Source of the DNA: Octopus vulgaris | Lineage: Eukaryota | DNA: 64,000 nucleotides | Reading direction: 5' to 3' | Assembly (NCBI GenBank): GCA_951406725.2 | Contig: OX597835.1 | Span: 20,460,001-20,524,000, forward strand | The notes under the pieces: generated by a model | Seen by the model: only the letters and a program-made list of their open reading frames with translations | Database searches by the model: none | What the model was told of the DNA's origin: nothing | Made by a program: the position numbers and the translations under genes | Part shown: positions 41,960 to 55,700 of the stretch, piece by piece | How the letters are laid out: every line of letters starts with the position of its first letter | Position numbering within the stretch: the stretch's first letter is position 1

Positions 41960-42900
41960 ACTCAACAGCATGGAACTCACTATATATACCCTTATATTTC
42001 GGATGTTGGCTGCCCTTACAGCTTTTAGGAATTAAACGTCATCCTCCAACAATACTTTGAACATGTGTACATTCTTATCCGTTTGTACTCGTTCTTTGAG
42101 AGCCAGGCATTATTGCATAAATGCGGGTGATGCATTGCATTGCATTGCTGTTTGCTATTCCAAGACCAAGTTTTCCCAAGCAATTCCACATATCACGCTA
42201 AGCTCCTAGGCTAGTATTAAAGTATTCCATTAAAAATATCTTGTCATCTTTGTGGAAAGCCAAATAACTTTCTTGCACGAACACAGAGTAATATCATCTT
42301 GAGAGATTGTCACTCTGAGGGCATATACATACTAACCGTAGTCACGTACTTTCCTTTATCCGGTAGTAGCCAAAGACCTATTATTCTATCCGCTGTGCCA
42401 GAATGATCTTTGAGCTTCTCAATTATTTTGGTCTCTATAGAAAATCCTACACCACTCCTGAACTATACCCTTTTTCTGCTTTCCATTCTCAAAGAATGTA
42501 GAGCCTACATTAACTTCGCTGATCGATCCGTTTTTTGCAAGACGTGCTTCTGGTCTCTCTATAATATTAATGACATATCTGTTAAAATCGTCTGATAAAA
42601 ATATAGTCTTTCCGCTCGATTTTCACTTCTTGAATGAAGAAAGGTGAGAATATTGCAACGAGCAGCTTCCAGTCTCATGTCGGTAATGTATTTGCATATT
42701 TTAGCGATTGCTGCTTTGCTCTTCTATGCCTCTTTCTACTAAAAATGAACGACCACCGACAGCTTGAAATGCGGTAGGCATTTGTTTAGAGATTTCCTCC
42801 TTCCCTCTCACATTGTGAGTAAATTGTGCTGTCCTAAGTAATCCATTTAGTCCTCAAGTATACTGCGGAGTTACTTTGATCAACTTCTTTGCTTTTCAAA
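41960..42900 (-). mobile_element. Decayed hAT (Charlie/Buster-like) transposase
   Basis: Minus-strand pieces in the expected order: IAKICKYITD (IAKxKKPHT-like), IRRF..DMS, CGIAWEN, QCITRIYA (HCxxH-like). Confidence 0.55.
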
Positions 42901-43387
42901 ACGTTATTATGACACACACGAGACCGCTAATGTGCAGGTTTCCAGTTAAGTGCCTATTTCCTGACTGCTAAACCTGCATGTCAACACATTTCCATCGCCA
43001 GTGGCCTTTAAAATGGAAGAAATAATATTTCTGATATTTGTCATTTCCAAGAAAGTGTCTCATGTCTAATATTAATAAAGCGCATTTTGATATCCTGAAA
43101 AGGTGACAATAAGGAGAACTATGAATACCGAAAGTGCGTAACGACTATTGTTTAAGTCTCCGAATTTATGTTCAGGTAAGTTGATGAAATTACACACACA
43201 CACACACACGCGACTCCTTCATTGGAGTTTCAACATCAACCACAGGGTATGTATGATTGCAGATTTGTATACTTTGTTTTATGTGTCCTCGTACATATAC
43301 TTGCAAATCTAAACATGTTCATATGTATTTAAATGAGGATTTTCCTAGAAAGGTTTTCTGTATGTTTGTATAACGACTAGGGACCAG

Positions 43388-43670
43388 TTAGCATACCGTA
43401 GAAAAGTGCTTAACGGGGTCGATAAAATAAATGGTAGTTGAACACCGAGGTCGATGTAATCGGCTTGACCCTTCCCCGAACTTGCTGGCCTTATACCAAA
43501 ATTTCATATATAGGAGTAGGCGTAGCTGTGTGGTAAGAGGCTTGTTTCCCAACCGCATGGGTCTTGGTTCAGTCCCATAGCGTGGCACCTTGGAAAGAGT
43601 ATTTTCCAAATATCGTCGAGAGTGGATCTGATTGACGGAGATACATAGATAGTTGCGTGTGTGTTTGTTT
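43388..43670. mobile_element. Degenerate SINE D fragments plus a SINE A fragment
   Basis: ggggtcgataaaataa..gtagttgaacac; gtagctgtgtggtaag...ggttcagtccca. Confidence 0.6.
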
Positions 43671-43694
43671 GTATATATATATATATATATATAT

Positions 43695-43916
43695 AAAGTT
43701 AATCCAAACAAGAAAACACAGAAAAAAAGAGAAAAAAACACAGCAACGCAGGACGTGGAACAATTAAAGTATTATTGACGCTCAGGAAAGAAGGGAAGGA
43801 GGGTTTAACGTTTCGAGCGGAGCTCTTCGTCGGAAACAAGGATAAGGAAAGATCCCAAGGAGGGAAGACAGAGGAGAAAATATTTGAGCTGGTGGTGCTC
43901 AAGAGATCACATGTTG
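43695..43916 (-). mobile_element. PLE-type terminal element with hammerhead, inside (TA)n
   Basis: (TA)n on both sides; homologous to 694-812 and 61570-61765. Confidence 0.7.
43803..43837 (-). ncRNA. Minimal hammerhead variant (core CCGACGA plus extra A)
   Basis: GUUU-CCGACGA-A-GAGC ucc GCUC-GAAA-CG-UU-AAAC. Confidence 0.65.
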
Positions 43917-43996
<80 letters not shown>

Positions 43997-44935
43997 TGAA
44001 ATACTACAGATCTGCCACTGACTCTCCGCTAGCATGTGTACCGAGATCGAATTTGAGCGTTTGTCATGCACCAGATGATAATCTAAATGAATGTATAATG
44101 CGAGACTATATTCAATTTAAAGTTGCAATTCCAGTATTTCTGATAAGATATTATGCAAAGAACCTCTGAGGGCTCTAACCTCACGATCATTCCAGAAATG
44201 CCGAGCGGATAAAATGAATAGATGGATTCTAAGTGATGGCCATTTTAGCGTGAAACAATTAGCTATGCTACCGCCTACCTACATTCATGAGCAAACATTT
44301 ATTACGTAGCTTCACAACAATGACAGACTTGATTTGTTTATCTCTTTCACTTGCAGTCATAAGTGGCCGAGAATCACAGCATTTCATACGCCTGGTCAGA
44401 TAGTTCTCAACGCTGATATGATTTCTTTTCGAGAAGGTTTCAGCTAAAATTTATTTCAATTATTTGCCCCGTAACGGAAGTTGTTGCTTTAGGAGTTCGT
44501 TGTTTTGATTATGCAAAATCCATTGAATTGCAACATATCCGCCATTAATCCTTTACAAATATGCATACGCACAAAAGGCTGTCACAAACACTCACATGCA
44601 CACGTAGGAGGAAGAGAGGGGGAAATTGGAAATAATGAGAGAGAGATTGTCCATATAATTTACGCATCCATATTTCATGTACATACACGCAGCTTGATAA
44701 AGTTTCATGCAACTCGGGTAGTTTTTAACATCATAATTACAGAGATTTCAAATCGTGCTAGAAGGAAAACATTGCACAAAATGGTGACAATGTACGTGCC
44801 CCATATTTGTTGTTTCCTCTACAAATATTGGTAGATGTAACGGAGTAGGAAGAAAGTCATCGAAAAGGTTGCCAGTAGCAACGAAGGTGCTGTGATAAAC
44901 AAATCAAACAAATGAGTTGCTGTTTAACTAAATTA

Positions 44936-45123
44936 CTCTTTAACTTGTTTCAGTCATTTGACAATGACCATGCTGGAGCACCGCTTTTTAGTCGAACAAA
45001 TTGACTCCAGAACTTATTCTTCATAAGCCTAGTACTTATTCTATTGGTCCCTTTTCCCGAAGCGCTAAGTTACGGGGATGGAAACACAACAGCATCGGTT
45101 GCCAAGCGATGTTGGGGGGACAA

Positions 45124-45156
<33 letters not shown>

Positions 45157-45326
45157 CATATATACGACGGGCGTCTTTCAGTTTCCGTCTACCAAGTCCA
45201 CTCAAGGCTTTGGACGGCCCGAGGCTATAGTAGAAGACACTTGCCTAAGGTGCGACGCAGTGGGACTGAATCCGGAACCATGTGGTCCGCAAGCAAGCTA
45301 CTTACCACACAGCCACTCCTACGCCT
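44936..45326 (-). mobile_element. SINE family A
   Basis: Full-length reverse complement. Confidence 0.88.
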
Positions 45327-46235
45327 ATTTAAACAAAGAATCAATTAATTAGTTGGATATTTAAACAATTGTCTAATTGTAAAGGGGTGGAATTGAACCA
45401 GAGCGTGTGTTAGTAATATCGGCATATTGACTCTCCCGAACGCAACGGAATTCGTTTCAACACACGAATTGAAAGAGCATCTTGCAAACCAGATACAAGA
45501 ACGAAGAAGAATGACATTAACAATAGAATGAAAAGCAGAAATATAGAAGACTTACAAAGAGAAAGGAGACTTAGATGCATGTCATCATAGGAATGAATTA
45601 TGCCGATGTCTGTTAACAGAATACGAACCAAGATAAGAAAAGCATCGTTGCTAATATATAATTTGAAGTTAACAAACTTTCAAAATTGAAAACAAAATTT
45701 TCGTAATAAAAATCGAAAGGAGAAAAACAACAGCAGCAGAAATGTGAGCATTAATACATATGTGGTGTTATAACAAAAGACAGTATCATTTTAGCGTCAT
45801 TAACGAAACCAATATTCCTACTCAATATACAAGTGAGAGACAAAGCAAAGATTTGATCAAAATTATTAATGACATACACGATATTCGCATTAAGAATGTC
45901 TTTATTGACCTGAGATCTTTTTCTCAGTTATTTTTTTTTCTTTTTGCTTTTTTATTTAGTGAATGTTCTTTTTGGTTACAATATTTGTATGTATTGAGTA
46001 GAACATTCAACTATAAAAAAAATTGAAGATGTATATATATATAGATGCATAGGAAAATAAACGCACGTACATAAGACATACGTATGAAAATATGCATACA
46101 TAACACATTCATATAGCTACACACGCATACGTATACACACACACACATATATAAATAAATATATATATGTGTGTGTATTTATGTACATGCATATATGTGT
46201 GCGTACATGCATAGATACAAACACATACATTCATA

Positions 46236-46269
<34 letters not shown>

Positions 46270-46280
<11 letters not shown>

Positions 46281-46473
46281 GTTCATCTATTTGTATGTAA
46301 ATATATACATATGTATACACACACATATTTATGTATATATATACATATACATTCATCTATTTGCATGTAAATATATACATATGTATACACACACATATTT
46401 ATATATATATACATATACATTCATCTATTTGTATGTAAAAATATACATATGTATACACACACATATTTGTATC

Positions 46474-46475
<2 letters not shown>
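46270..46475 (+). repeat. Three-copy minisatellite, about 65-70 bp unit
   Basis: ttcatctatttg(t/c)atgtaaa.atatacatatgtatacacacacatattt x3. Confidence 0.85.
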
Positions 46476-46506
<31 letters not shown>

Positions 46507-47249
46507 GCATTGTATGTATGCATCCATGTGTGTATACATGCGGGTGTATTTAAGATAGATAAATATGATATTTCTTAAAAAGTAACTGTTTGAGTGAATC
46601 AACTATGACAGTGAATAAAAGTAGTCATTGGATATTTGAAATGCTCTCACTGATATGACGTATATCAGTGATGACAGAGAGAATGGCTGCTAGCAAAGAA
46701 ATACTGACGCGCAGACGTACAGATTATTATCAAAATCGCCAGTCGCGCATACAGGGATGCATCGAAATCACACACTTATTGAAAAATGATAATTATTATA
46801 TAAAGAACATCCCTCCTAAAGCAGGCAAGTGACTGCAAACGGAGTTCGCTTTTTTTTTTATATATTTCATTTATTGATTTATTCATTGGTTACAATCAAT
46901 GTCTTTTGACTATAATATGAATACATTCACATGCACGTATACTTACACTCGTACAAGCATAAGCACACATTAATCACACATTGTACCTATATCGTTTTAT
47001 ATTTCTCTACTCCCGATACTGCTTTCATTTTGGACAGCAGCCAAGCTCGAGTATCACTGTCAATGTATTTCAGTTGATTGCTCAAACTCCAGATATTTGA
47101 ATTCCACGTGGTTTGGTTAAAAATTGAGCATCCGTAGCGCTGACAACTTTGGGATCATTATCACCAAGTTCTGGCTGAATGGGGGAAAATTTGTGCCGAC
47201 TCAGAATACGTGTGGCACATTAGATTTATTGGGCGATTAGAATAGCAAA

Positions 47250-47620
47250 TTTGTGTTATGGAAACATTGTGTGGAAGAACAAGATGTGGTAGAGGGCTAC
47301 ATAGCTTCACAAATATACTCAGTCGTAGAAATGTCTGACAAAATGTGTTGAATTTGCAAATGTGTAAAAGTTGTCTACATCAAACTTCAGTATGTCAGCT
47401 AGGTTATGAATAGACTAGAGCTTTGTAAGCCCAGCTATTAATCTTAGAGTAAGTAGTTCATGTTTTCTGGTAGATGGCTTACTCGGAGCACTAATTTATG
47501 ACTTTTATAGACCAAGAGGCAATCATCTTTACAGCAAACTGAGAGTATTTTTCACGACAGAAAGAAGCTTCAGGCACTGGATTAACGAACTAAAAATAGA
47601 AATAAGAAATCTGTCTCAAT
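47250..47620 (-). mobile_element. Possible hAT C-terminal dimerisation-domain remnant
   Basis: ISTTEYICEA resembles FxTTYLCExxFS. Confidence 0.3.
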
Positions 47621-47933
47621 CGGAAGGGAAATTGCGTTCATTAGCTTTCATGAAAAGATAACGTTAGGAAACATTAGAGATGAATATAAAGCGGTGTGTG
47701 TTTATGTATGTGTTCACCAAAGAGTAATGCCGAGCGTGGTGATACATAGCAGTTCTGGTGTCACCAACCAAAGCACCGAAGAATCGACTAAGGAACAGAT
47801 GGTGCTAAGAATCACTACGTCCGGACATGCTGCCATGGGAATATGGAAATTGAAACGTACAAAGCAAGACCTCTCTCTTCCGACACACCTTCATGCACAC
47901 GGTGGAAGGCTCAGGCATCTATCTATCTATCCA

Positions 47934-47982
<49 letters not shown>

Positions 47983-47987
47983 CTATC

Positions 47988-48300
47988 TTATTCTTTGTAA
48001 GCCTAGTACTTAATCTATCGGCTTCTTTTGCCGAAATGCTAAGTTACGGGGACATAAACATACTAGCATCGGTTGTCAAGCAATATTTGGGGGACAAACA
48101 CACACAAATATATATACACATACAATTGCATATATATATACGATAGGATTCTTTCAGTTTCCGTCTACCAAATCCACTCACAAGGTTTAGTCGGCCCGAG
48201 GCTATAGTAGAAGTCACTTGACCAAGTTGCCACGCAGTGGGACTGAATCCGGAACCATGTGGTTGTTAAACAAGCTACTTACCACGCAGCCACTCCTACG
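47988..48300 (-). mobile_element. SINE family A (3'-truncated)
   Basis: Matches the family A pattern. Confidence 0.85.
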
Positions 48301-48714
48301 GCAATGAATTTTTCTAATGTTTTCATTCGTACAAGAAATCGACAGTCGCCCTGAACAAGATTGGTCCTCAAGTTGCAATTCTTAAAGCGTGAAAACCACA
48401 CGTAAGCTTGCATTTTGCTCACGGCAGCGGTCTTGTAACATGTTTGAAGCATAACTGATTCGGTCGCCATTTTCCCCAACAGAAAATAAAATTTCACGGA
48501 GGCACACTGTTCTTTCCTTTAGTAAAAATCGGTGAATAAGGGACAAGTACTGCGAAAAAATGCGCCATGTTGCAGTAGTATCCTACCAAACAACGCCGGT
48601 CGGCAGACTGATGCCTGGGGGTCACATCAAGTGACTTCTACCGTTGAAAGCCTTTTCTACAAAGGGCTTGTCCTACAGAGCAAGTTTCCGGTTACTTTTG
48701 GGTACCACCTCGTA
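48301..48714 (-). mobile_element. Mariner-like element 5' portion
   Basis: TIR ta|cgaggtggtacccaaaagtaaccggaaa; KFYFLLGKMATES.MLQTCYKTAAVSKMQAYVWFSRFK (mariner HTH). Confidence 0.8.
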
Positions 48715-48982
48715 TATATATATATCTGTGATACACATTTTTATGAGTATGCAACACTCATACCGCACCGGAAGTCGAAGTCAAAACGGAAATAAAAAAA
48801 GAGTAGTTTACTTATTTATATAAAGAAATAACATCATATCGACAATGATCAATATACCCCCTTCCCCAGTATGTATATATGTGTGTGTGTACATACAATA
48901 CAAAATTATGCAAAGCACAATGCAAGCATACGCACACATACACACTCATATATTTACAGATATGTAACTTCATACATTTTAA

Positions 48983-49248
48983 ATACATACATACATACAT
49001 ACATACATACATACATACATACATGCATAAATACATGCATACATACATAGTACATACATACATACATACATATACATATATACATACATACATACATACA
49101 TGCATACATACATATATATACATACATACATACATACATATATACATACATACATACATCTATACATGCATACATACGTACATACATGCATACATACATA
49201 CATACATACATACATACATACATACATACATACATACATACATACATA
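48983..49248. repeat. (CATA)n microsatellite
   Basis: Direct reading. Confidence 0.95.
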
Positions 49249-49372
49249 CGCACACAAACGCACACACATTCAATAGCAAACAAACAATGACAAGAAGATA
49301 AAGGTGATGACAATGGGATATTGAAAATTCGACACAAAAAAAAAAACAACACCAATAATAATGCTATTAATA

Positions 49373-49409
49373 ATGATGATGATGATGATGATGATGATGA
49401 CGCTGGTGG

Positions 49410-49507
<98 letters not shown>

Positions 49508-49545
49508 GTGGTGATGATGATGACAACGGTAATGATGATGATGAT
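49373..49545. repeat. (GAT)n microsatellite
   Basis: Direct reading. Confidence 0.95.
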
Positions 49546-50091
49546 ATGTATGATTTAGAAAGAAGACAAGGCCAGGACGAACAAGAGACGGAAAACAAAT
49601 ACAGCAAAGAATGTTGTGTAAACACAGTTAATAGAAAATCTTATGTTTCTAGTATTTATCATAGAAAGCAATGATCGACTTCAATGATTGCAAATTTAAC
49701 AGCGATATTGTTTCCTGTTTTCAGTCTAAAATTTTCCTCCGTCAATGTGATCTCTTTATCATCATCCGGACGTTAGATTTCCGGAAGTCATATTTCCGAG
49801 AGGAAAAAAAAAAAATAAATAAAATAAAAATAAAAATAAAAATGCTAAAAAAAAGCATATATAATCTAAAAAATAAAAATTAAACAGGAAATAAAAAAAT
49901 ATTGAAATCTAATTAAAATAAGAAAGAAAAATAACAAAACAGAAGGGAAGACAATATGAAAATGCAAACATTATTTTCAGAATGGAAATGATAGCAATTT
50001 AAAATTAAGAAATGTTCGAGTAGTCTGACACACGTACATGCACACGACGGAAGGCTCAGGCATCTGTGTGTCTGTCTGTTATCTATCTATC

Positions 50092-50968
<877 letters not shown>

Positions 50969-50981
50969 ATATATATATATA

Positions 50982-51246
50982 TTGTTGTTGGTTGTTCATT
51001 CTCGAGCCACGCCTGGCTCATAAGGCCGGTTTCCCGCTTTCCTTGGCGAATAGGTTCTCCACTGGGACGGGAGGCTGGTGAACTGCAATATGCTGGTGGA
51101 GAGAGTGTGAGAAAGTTGTGGCGAAAGAGTCAGCGGAATTTCACCTTTACCTTTGCTCATAAACACACGCATTGCCCGTTTTGAGATTCGAACCGCGACG
51201 CTCGACCGCGAGTCCGCTGCTCTAACCACTAGGCCATGTGCCTCCA
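50982..51246 (-). mobile_element. SINE family E with (AAC)n tail
   Basis: Head tggaggcacatggcctagtggttagagcagcggactcg; tail gagccaggcgtggctcgagaa..aacaa. Confidence 0.8.
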
Positions 51247-51704
51247 CACACACACACACACATGCACATATATATATATATATGTATATATATACATTAC
51301 ATGTATAAAATATATATGTATATAAGTAAAATTCATATATATATATATACATGCATACATACACACACACGCATGTTCAGATGAATACATATGCAAACAC
51401 ATATATACACACATTCACACACTCATACTTGTTTAATTTGCATGTAGGCCATAATATTTGTTTTTCGAATACGTGGCCACTGTTTGTCTATATGTATAGT
51501 TACGCTTACATAGCAGGATGGCGTCACTTGATGGCTAAAACAATGCGAAATACATTGTGACCAGTGATGTGTAGCAACATCTGATAGCCTGGTCAGTCAC
51601 GTTATATATATATGTATATATATATATATGCAATGTGCATTTTCGTTGATTTTTCATATTTTACCCTTACATTTCCACAATTTTTTATTTTTGTAACATA
51701 TTTC

Positions 51705-51748
<44 letters not shown>

Positions 51749-52064
51749 TCACTCGTGCGTATGTATATTAGGAAACACGTGTATTTTGGGAATGCTGTTT
51801 GTGTGTACGTTTTCTTGAGTCTTTCATAGTTCAACGTAGTTGCCACTATTGGCATGTATTTTCAAAATCGCAGAACGCTGAAGTGTTCATCTCCTTGACC
51901 AACAGCCCTACTTTTCCAGATGCTACATGCAATCTCAGTATTACTTCGATTCAGGCAGCACAGACAGGATTACTATGCCGTAAGACATGTTTACCAGCCG
52001 CAGTACTGCTTCATTTCAAGTTTGAAATGAACTTGAAATGAAGCAGTAGTGCGGCTGGTAAACC

Positions 52065-52635
52065 AGGACGTTATCAAAGAAGCTTGAGAGGCGGTTGGAT
52101 GGAACCTACACTCGCCTACTTATGAGAGCTCAAAATCTCTCGTGGAAGCACCATCCAACCAAAATGCAAATATATGGGAAACTACCTGTTTCTTTATTAC
52201 CCACAAGGGGGCAAACACAGAGAGGACAAACAAGGACAGACAAACGGATCAAGTCGATTACATCGACCCCAGTGCGTAACTGGTACTTAATTTATCGACC
52301 CCGAAAGGATGAAAGGCAAAGTCGTAACGGCAGTTGAAATACGGCTACGCATTTCGCCAGGCGAAACTACCACCTGTGTCATCTCTTGTGAAAAGTAAGA
52401 GAGTCCAGTTTGCTGGACATTGTAGTAGAGCTGAAAAAGAAGTAATTTCTCCTCTTCTCCTCTGGAAGCCATCTACTCGCAATACCAGAGGGCGCACACT
52501 CTCCTACACTGATGTAATCTCCAGGGATACAGGCATCCAGCAACAGGACCTCTGTAATGTCATGATGGACCGTGAAGTCTGGCGTAGCATGGTAAATTCC
52601 ATTGTCTCGACCACGGTCGAAAAATTATGATGATG
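52065..52635 (+). mobile_element. RTE-like LINE 3' fragment interrupted by SINE D
   Basis: TLSKKLERRLDGTYTRLLMRAQNLSWKHHPTKMQIYGKLP | PVSSLVKSKRVQFAGHCSR...DREVWRSMV; (tga)n tail; TSD actgcttcat at 52005-52014 and 52636-52645. Confidence 0.85.
52187..52362 (-). mobile_element. SINE family D (internally deleted) nested in the LINE
   Basis: TSD gaaactacc at 52178-52186 and 52363-52371. Confidence 0.9.
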
Positions 52636-53380
52636 ACTGCTTCATATATTTACCGTTATAAATTTCCAAACGGTTTCAACGACTACCTGCAATAGACTTG
52701 GCGTTAAATCTGAACGTTTTACAGCCCACTATATATTTCCCGCTCTGTCAATTTAGCTGAAATAAATTACAACAATGCACAGAATTTTAAAGGTGTGTGA
52801 AATAATTCAGTTATGTACAAGAATGCATGTAAGGCTAAAATAAATTACTCTCGCAACTTCATGTTTCCCATGTCACTTATACGAACCTGCACTTTTATAA
52901 TTTTTCTGAAAGAAACATACAGTTTAAGAAAGAATGGCAGAGAAACCACTCCTACTCCCGGGTGGTAAAAGTCATTATTTACCTGTTCACTGTGGTGAAA
53001 TCATTGGAAAAGTACTCGTCAACTGGACTCTTTTAACAGAGGAAGTTTCATGACTTTCAGTGTAAATTATTGTCTGTTATATCAATAACACGCACCATTT
53101 TTCGCCATTTTTCTTTTGAAAGACTTTGAAGATTTTTCGATGTCTGAATAGACGATGAAAATCATCTTCGTTGAAGAAGTAGACAGTCAGAATAGCCTCG
53201 TTACATTATGAGCTTGACCATACAGTTGAACCCGAATATGCATTTGATAGTGGTGCACCATTACAAGCACATGGACATATATAAATATGTGCGTGTATGT
53301 ATATCTATATGTAAATATATGCATGTGAATAGATACATAGATATATACACGCATATATACATATATGCATATATACATAA

Positions 53381-53452
<72 letters not shown>

Positions 53453-54883
53453 GCAGACATATATACTGATGCATGAAGTGACAGTCTCAACTTTCCTTCT
53501 TTCCTCATACATGTGCGCGCGTGTAGATCGTCAGATCGATACATACATACATACATAAACAGATACCTAACGAAACTCCTACATGAAATTTATTAATATC
53601 AGTCACCCCAAAGCGTTCATCCATAAACTCTTTCACTATAAATATTTTAATAAACACAATAATGAAAAAAGCCTTCATAAGCTCTTTCAGTAAAACATTA
53701 ATAAACTTATTCACTGAAAATATCCGTTGACTCAAACGGAGAAAATGATATATATTACAAGACATTTGACGTTTATATTCCCTTGAGACGAAACATTTTA
53801 AAGAATTTTAAAGATGCTTGTCTTCAGCAAGAAACGGTCAATATTTCTTCTATCTATTCCGTTACAGTTGGTTATTATTTGCAGCTTATTCTTATTTATG
53901 TCTGCAGATACGTTCAGATTTATTGTTACTTCAAAGGAAAATCTAGTTAACAAAACTCTGAAGAAAAATAATGTAATTAAATTAAGCATACAGTTGAGAT
54001 TTACTGAATTTACTTCGGAGGAAATTGTAAGCGAAGATGTGTAACGACGATACTAATATATCTGATATATGACAAAACAAATCTTCACACTAGATATTGT
54101 TTATTTTATTGTTTTTTGTCCTGATTTCTCTTGAAGAACTAAAAGAATGATTCCTAACTTATGCACACGGCTATATAATTCACCCGGTTCTCATTTTTAT
54201 TGACTTCAGACTGACGTAATAGAAGTGAAAGACGGAGAATATGCGTAGCTAGAATTTTAAGATATCGGAAAATCTATCAAGTCTGCCATCTCTCGCCCTC
54301 TCTCTTCTAGCTCCACTCTCTCCTATTGTCTCTGACTTTCTCTTCCTCTCCTTATCTCTCACCTTCTCGCTTCCTTTCTCTTTGTTTGTCTTTCTATCTC
54401 TTCCTCTCTCTCATCCTTTCCCCCCTCTATCCCTCTCTCTCTCTTTCTCTCTCTTTCATCGTGTGTGATACTGAGACAAACGTTAATGATTTTGAGCTCC
54501 ATATCAAAGTCTGAAAGTTATATATTTTTGAAGAGGTATATTCCGTTTTGCTTGCAGTTTATTCTGCTAGTCTTCCGCTCTTAAGAACTTACTACTGAAG
54601 CAAGAGCATTAAGCAGTTAGAATTTGTAGTATGCTATGAAATAGAGAAATAAAGAACCGTGCTAACGATTCTTCGAGCTAGCAGAAAGGTCAGCAGTCCG
54701 AGCAAATTGTTTAGCGTTATTTCTGAATTCAAATTCCGCCGAATTCGATTTTGCCTTTCATCGTCTCGGAATCTCCAAGGATAAGTACTTGTTGAGGACT
54801 GGGGTCGATGGTGTTGGGACAAAATTTGAAACGAACATTAGAGATATGTGCGTTTATTTGTGTATGGTATATATATATTCAAG

Positions 54884-55116
54884 TAGGCGGCGAGCTGGCA
54901 GAATCGTTAGCACGCTGGGCGAAATGCGTAGCCGTATTTCGTCTGCCGTTACGTTCTGTGTTCAAATTCCGCCGAGGTCGACCCTGCCTTTCATCCTTTT
55001 GGGGTCGATTAAATAAGTACCAGTTACTCACTGGGGTCGATGTAATCGACTTAATCCCTTTGTCTGTCCTTGTTTGTCCCCTCTATGTTTAGCCCCTTGT
55101 GGGCAGTAAAGAAATA
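54884..55116 (+). mobile_element. SINE family D, full length (older degenerate copy at about 54655-54815)
   Basis: aggcggcgagctggcagaatcgttagc...gccccttgtgggcagtaaagaaata. Confidence 0.9.
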
Positions 55117-55340
55117 TATGTATTTAAGTATTTATGACTCACTGTAAAAACCTATCGCTCGGTGAATATTCGGTGTTTTAATTACAGTCGTCACTTGTAG
55201 ATGATTGATTAGTTTATAAAATACTTTCACAGAGATAGACGAACTTTCCCCTTTCGACCCATTTAAACAATTTTATAATCGTAATGTTAGACGAGGAAAA
55301 ATAGAACGTTAAGCCAGCATCATTCCGGTGATCCTATTTT

Positions 55341-55700
55341 GACTGACTTGACTTGACAGCATTCACCCTGAGTGGGTTGAGCTGGCTTCATTCATCCTCA
55401 ATGCTGCATCTCTCACAAACGCCGACCAGGCCTGGCGATTTGAGGCTAACGACCGCGTGATCTCCAACCACTCATTATTCCAGCAGCGAACACCGTAGAT
55501 ATGGGAGCCTAGGTTGGGTTCTAGATCAGCCTTGATTGTCATCAGTCAGGTTTTTCGTTGATCCTCTTTTGGTCTGCGTGGAATGCAACAACGTGAAATG
55601 AAGTCGTCCTGGAGAATACTACGAGGTGGTTGGTATAGGAATCGAAACCACGATATTACGATCATTCACCCATTCCTCTAACTACTAAGCCGCCACGATC
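55341..55700 (-). mobile_element. RTE 3' end abutting a decayed tRNA/CORE-like SINE head
   Basis: Minus strand ..TIKADLEPNLGSHIYGVRCWNNEWLEITRSLASNRQAWSAFVRDA..* with a (gtcaa)n tail; upstream ggcttagtagttag..gtttcgattcc..atttcacgttg. Confidence 0.65.

Noticed and set aside
53580-54040. Possible hAT transposase remnant (also at about 20340-20800)
   Set aside because: Only vague motif resemblance by eye; needs a profile search.
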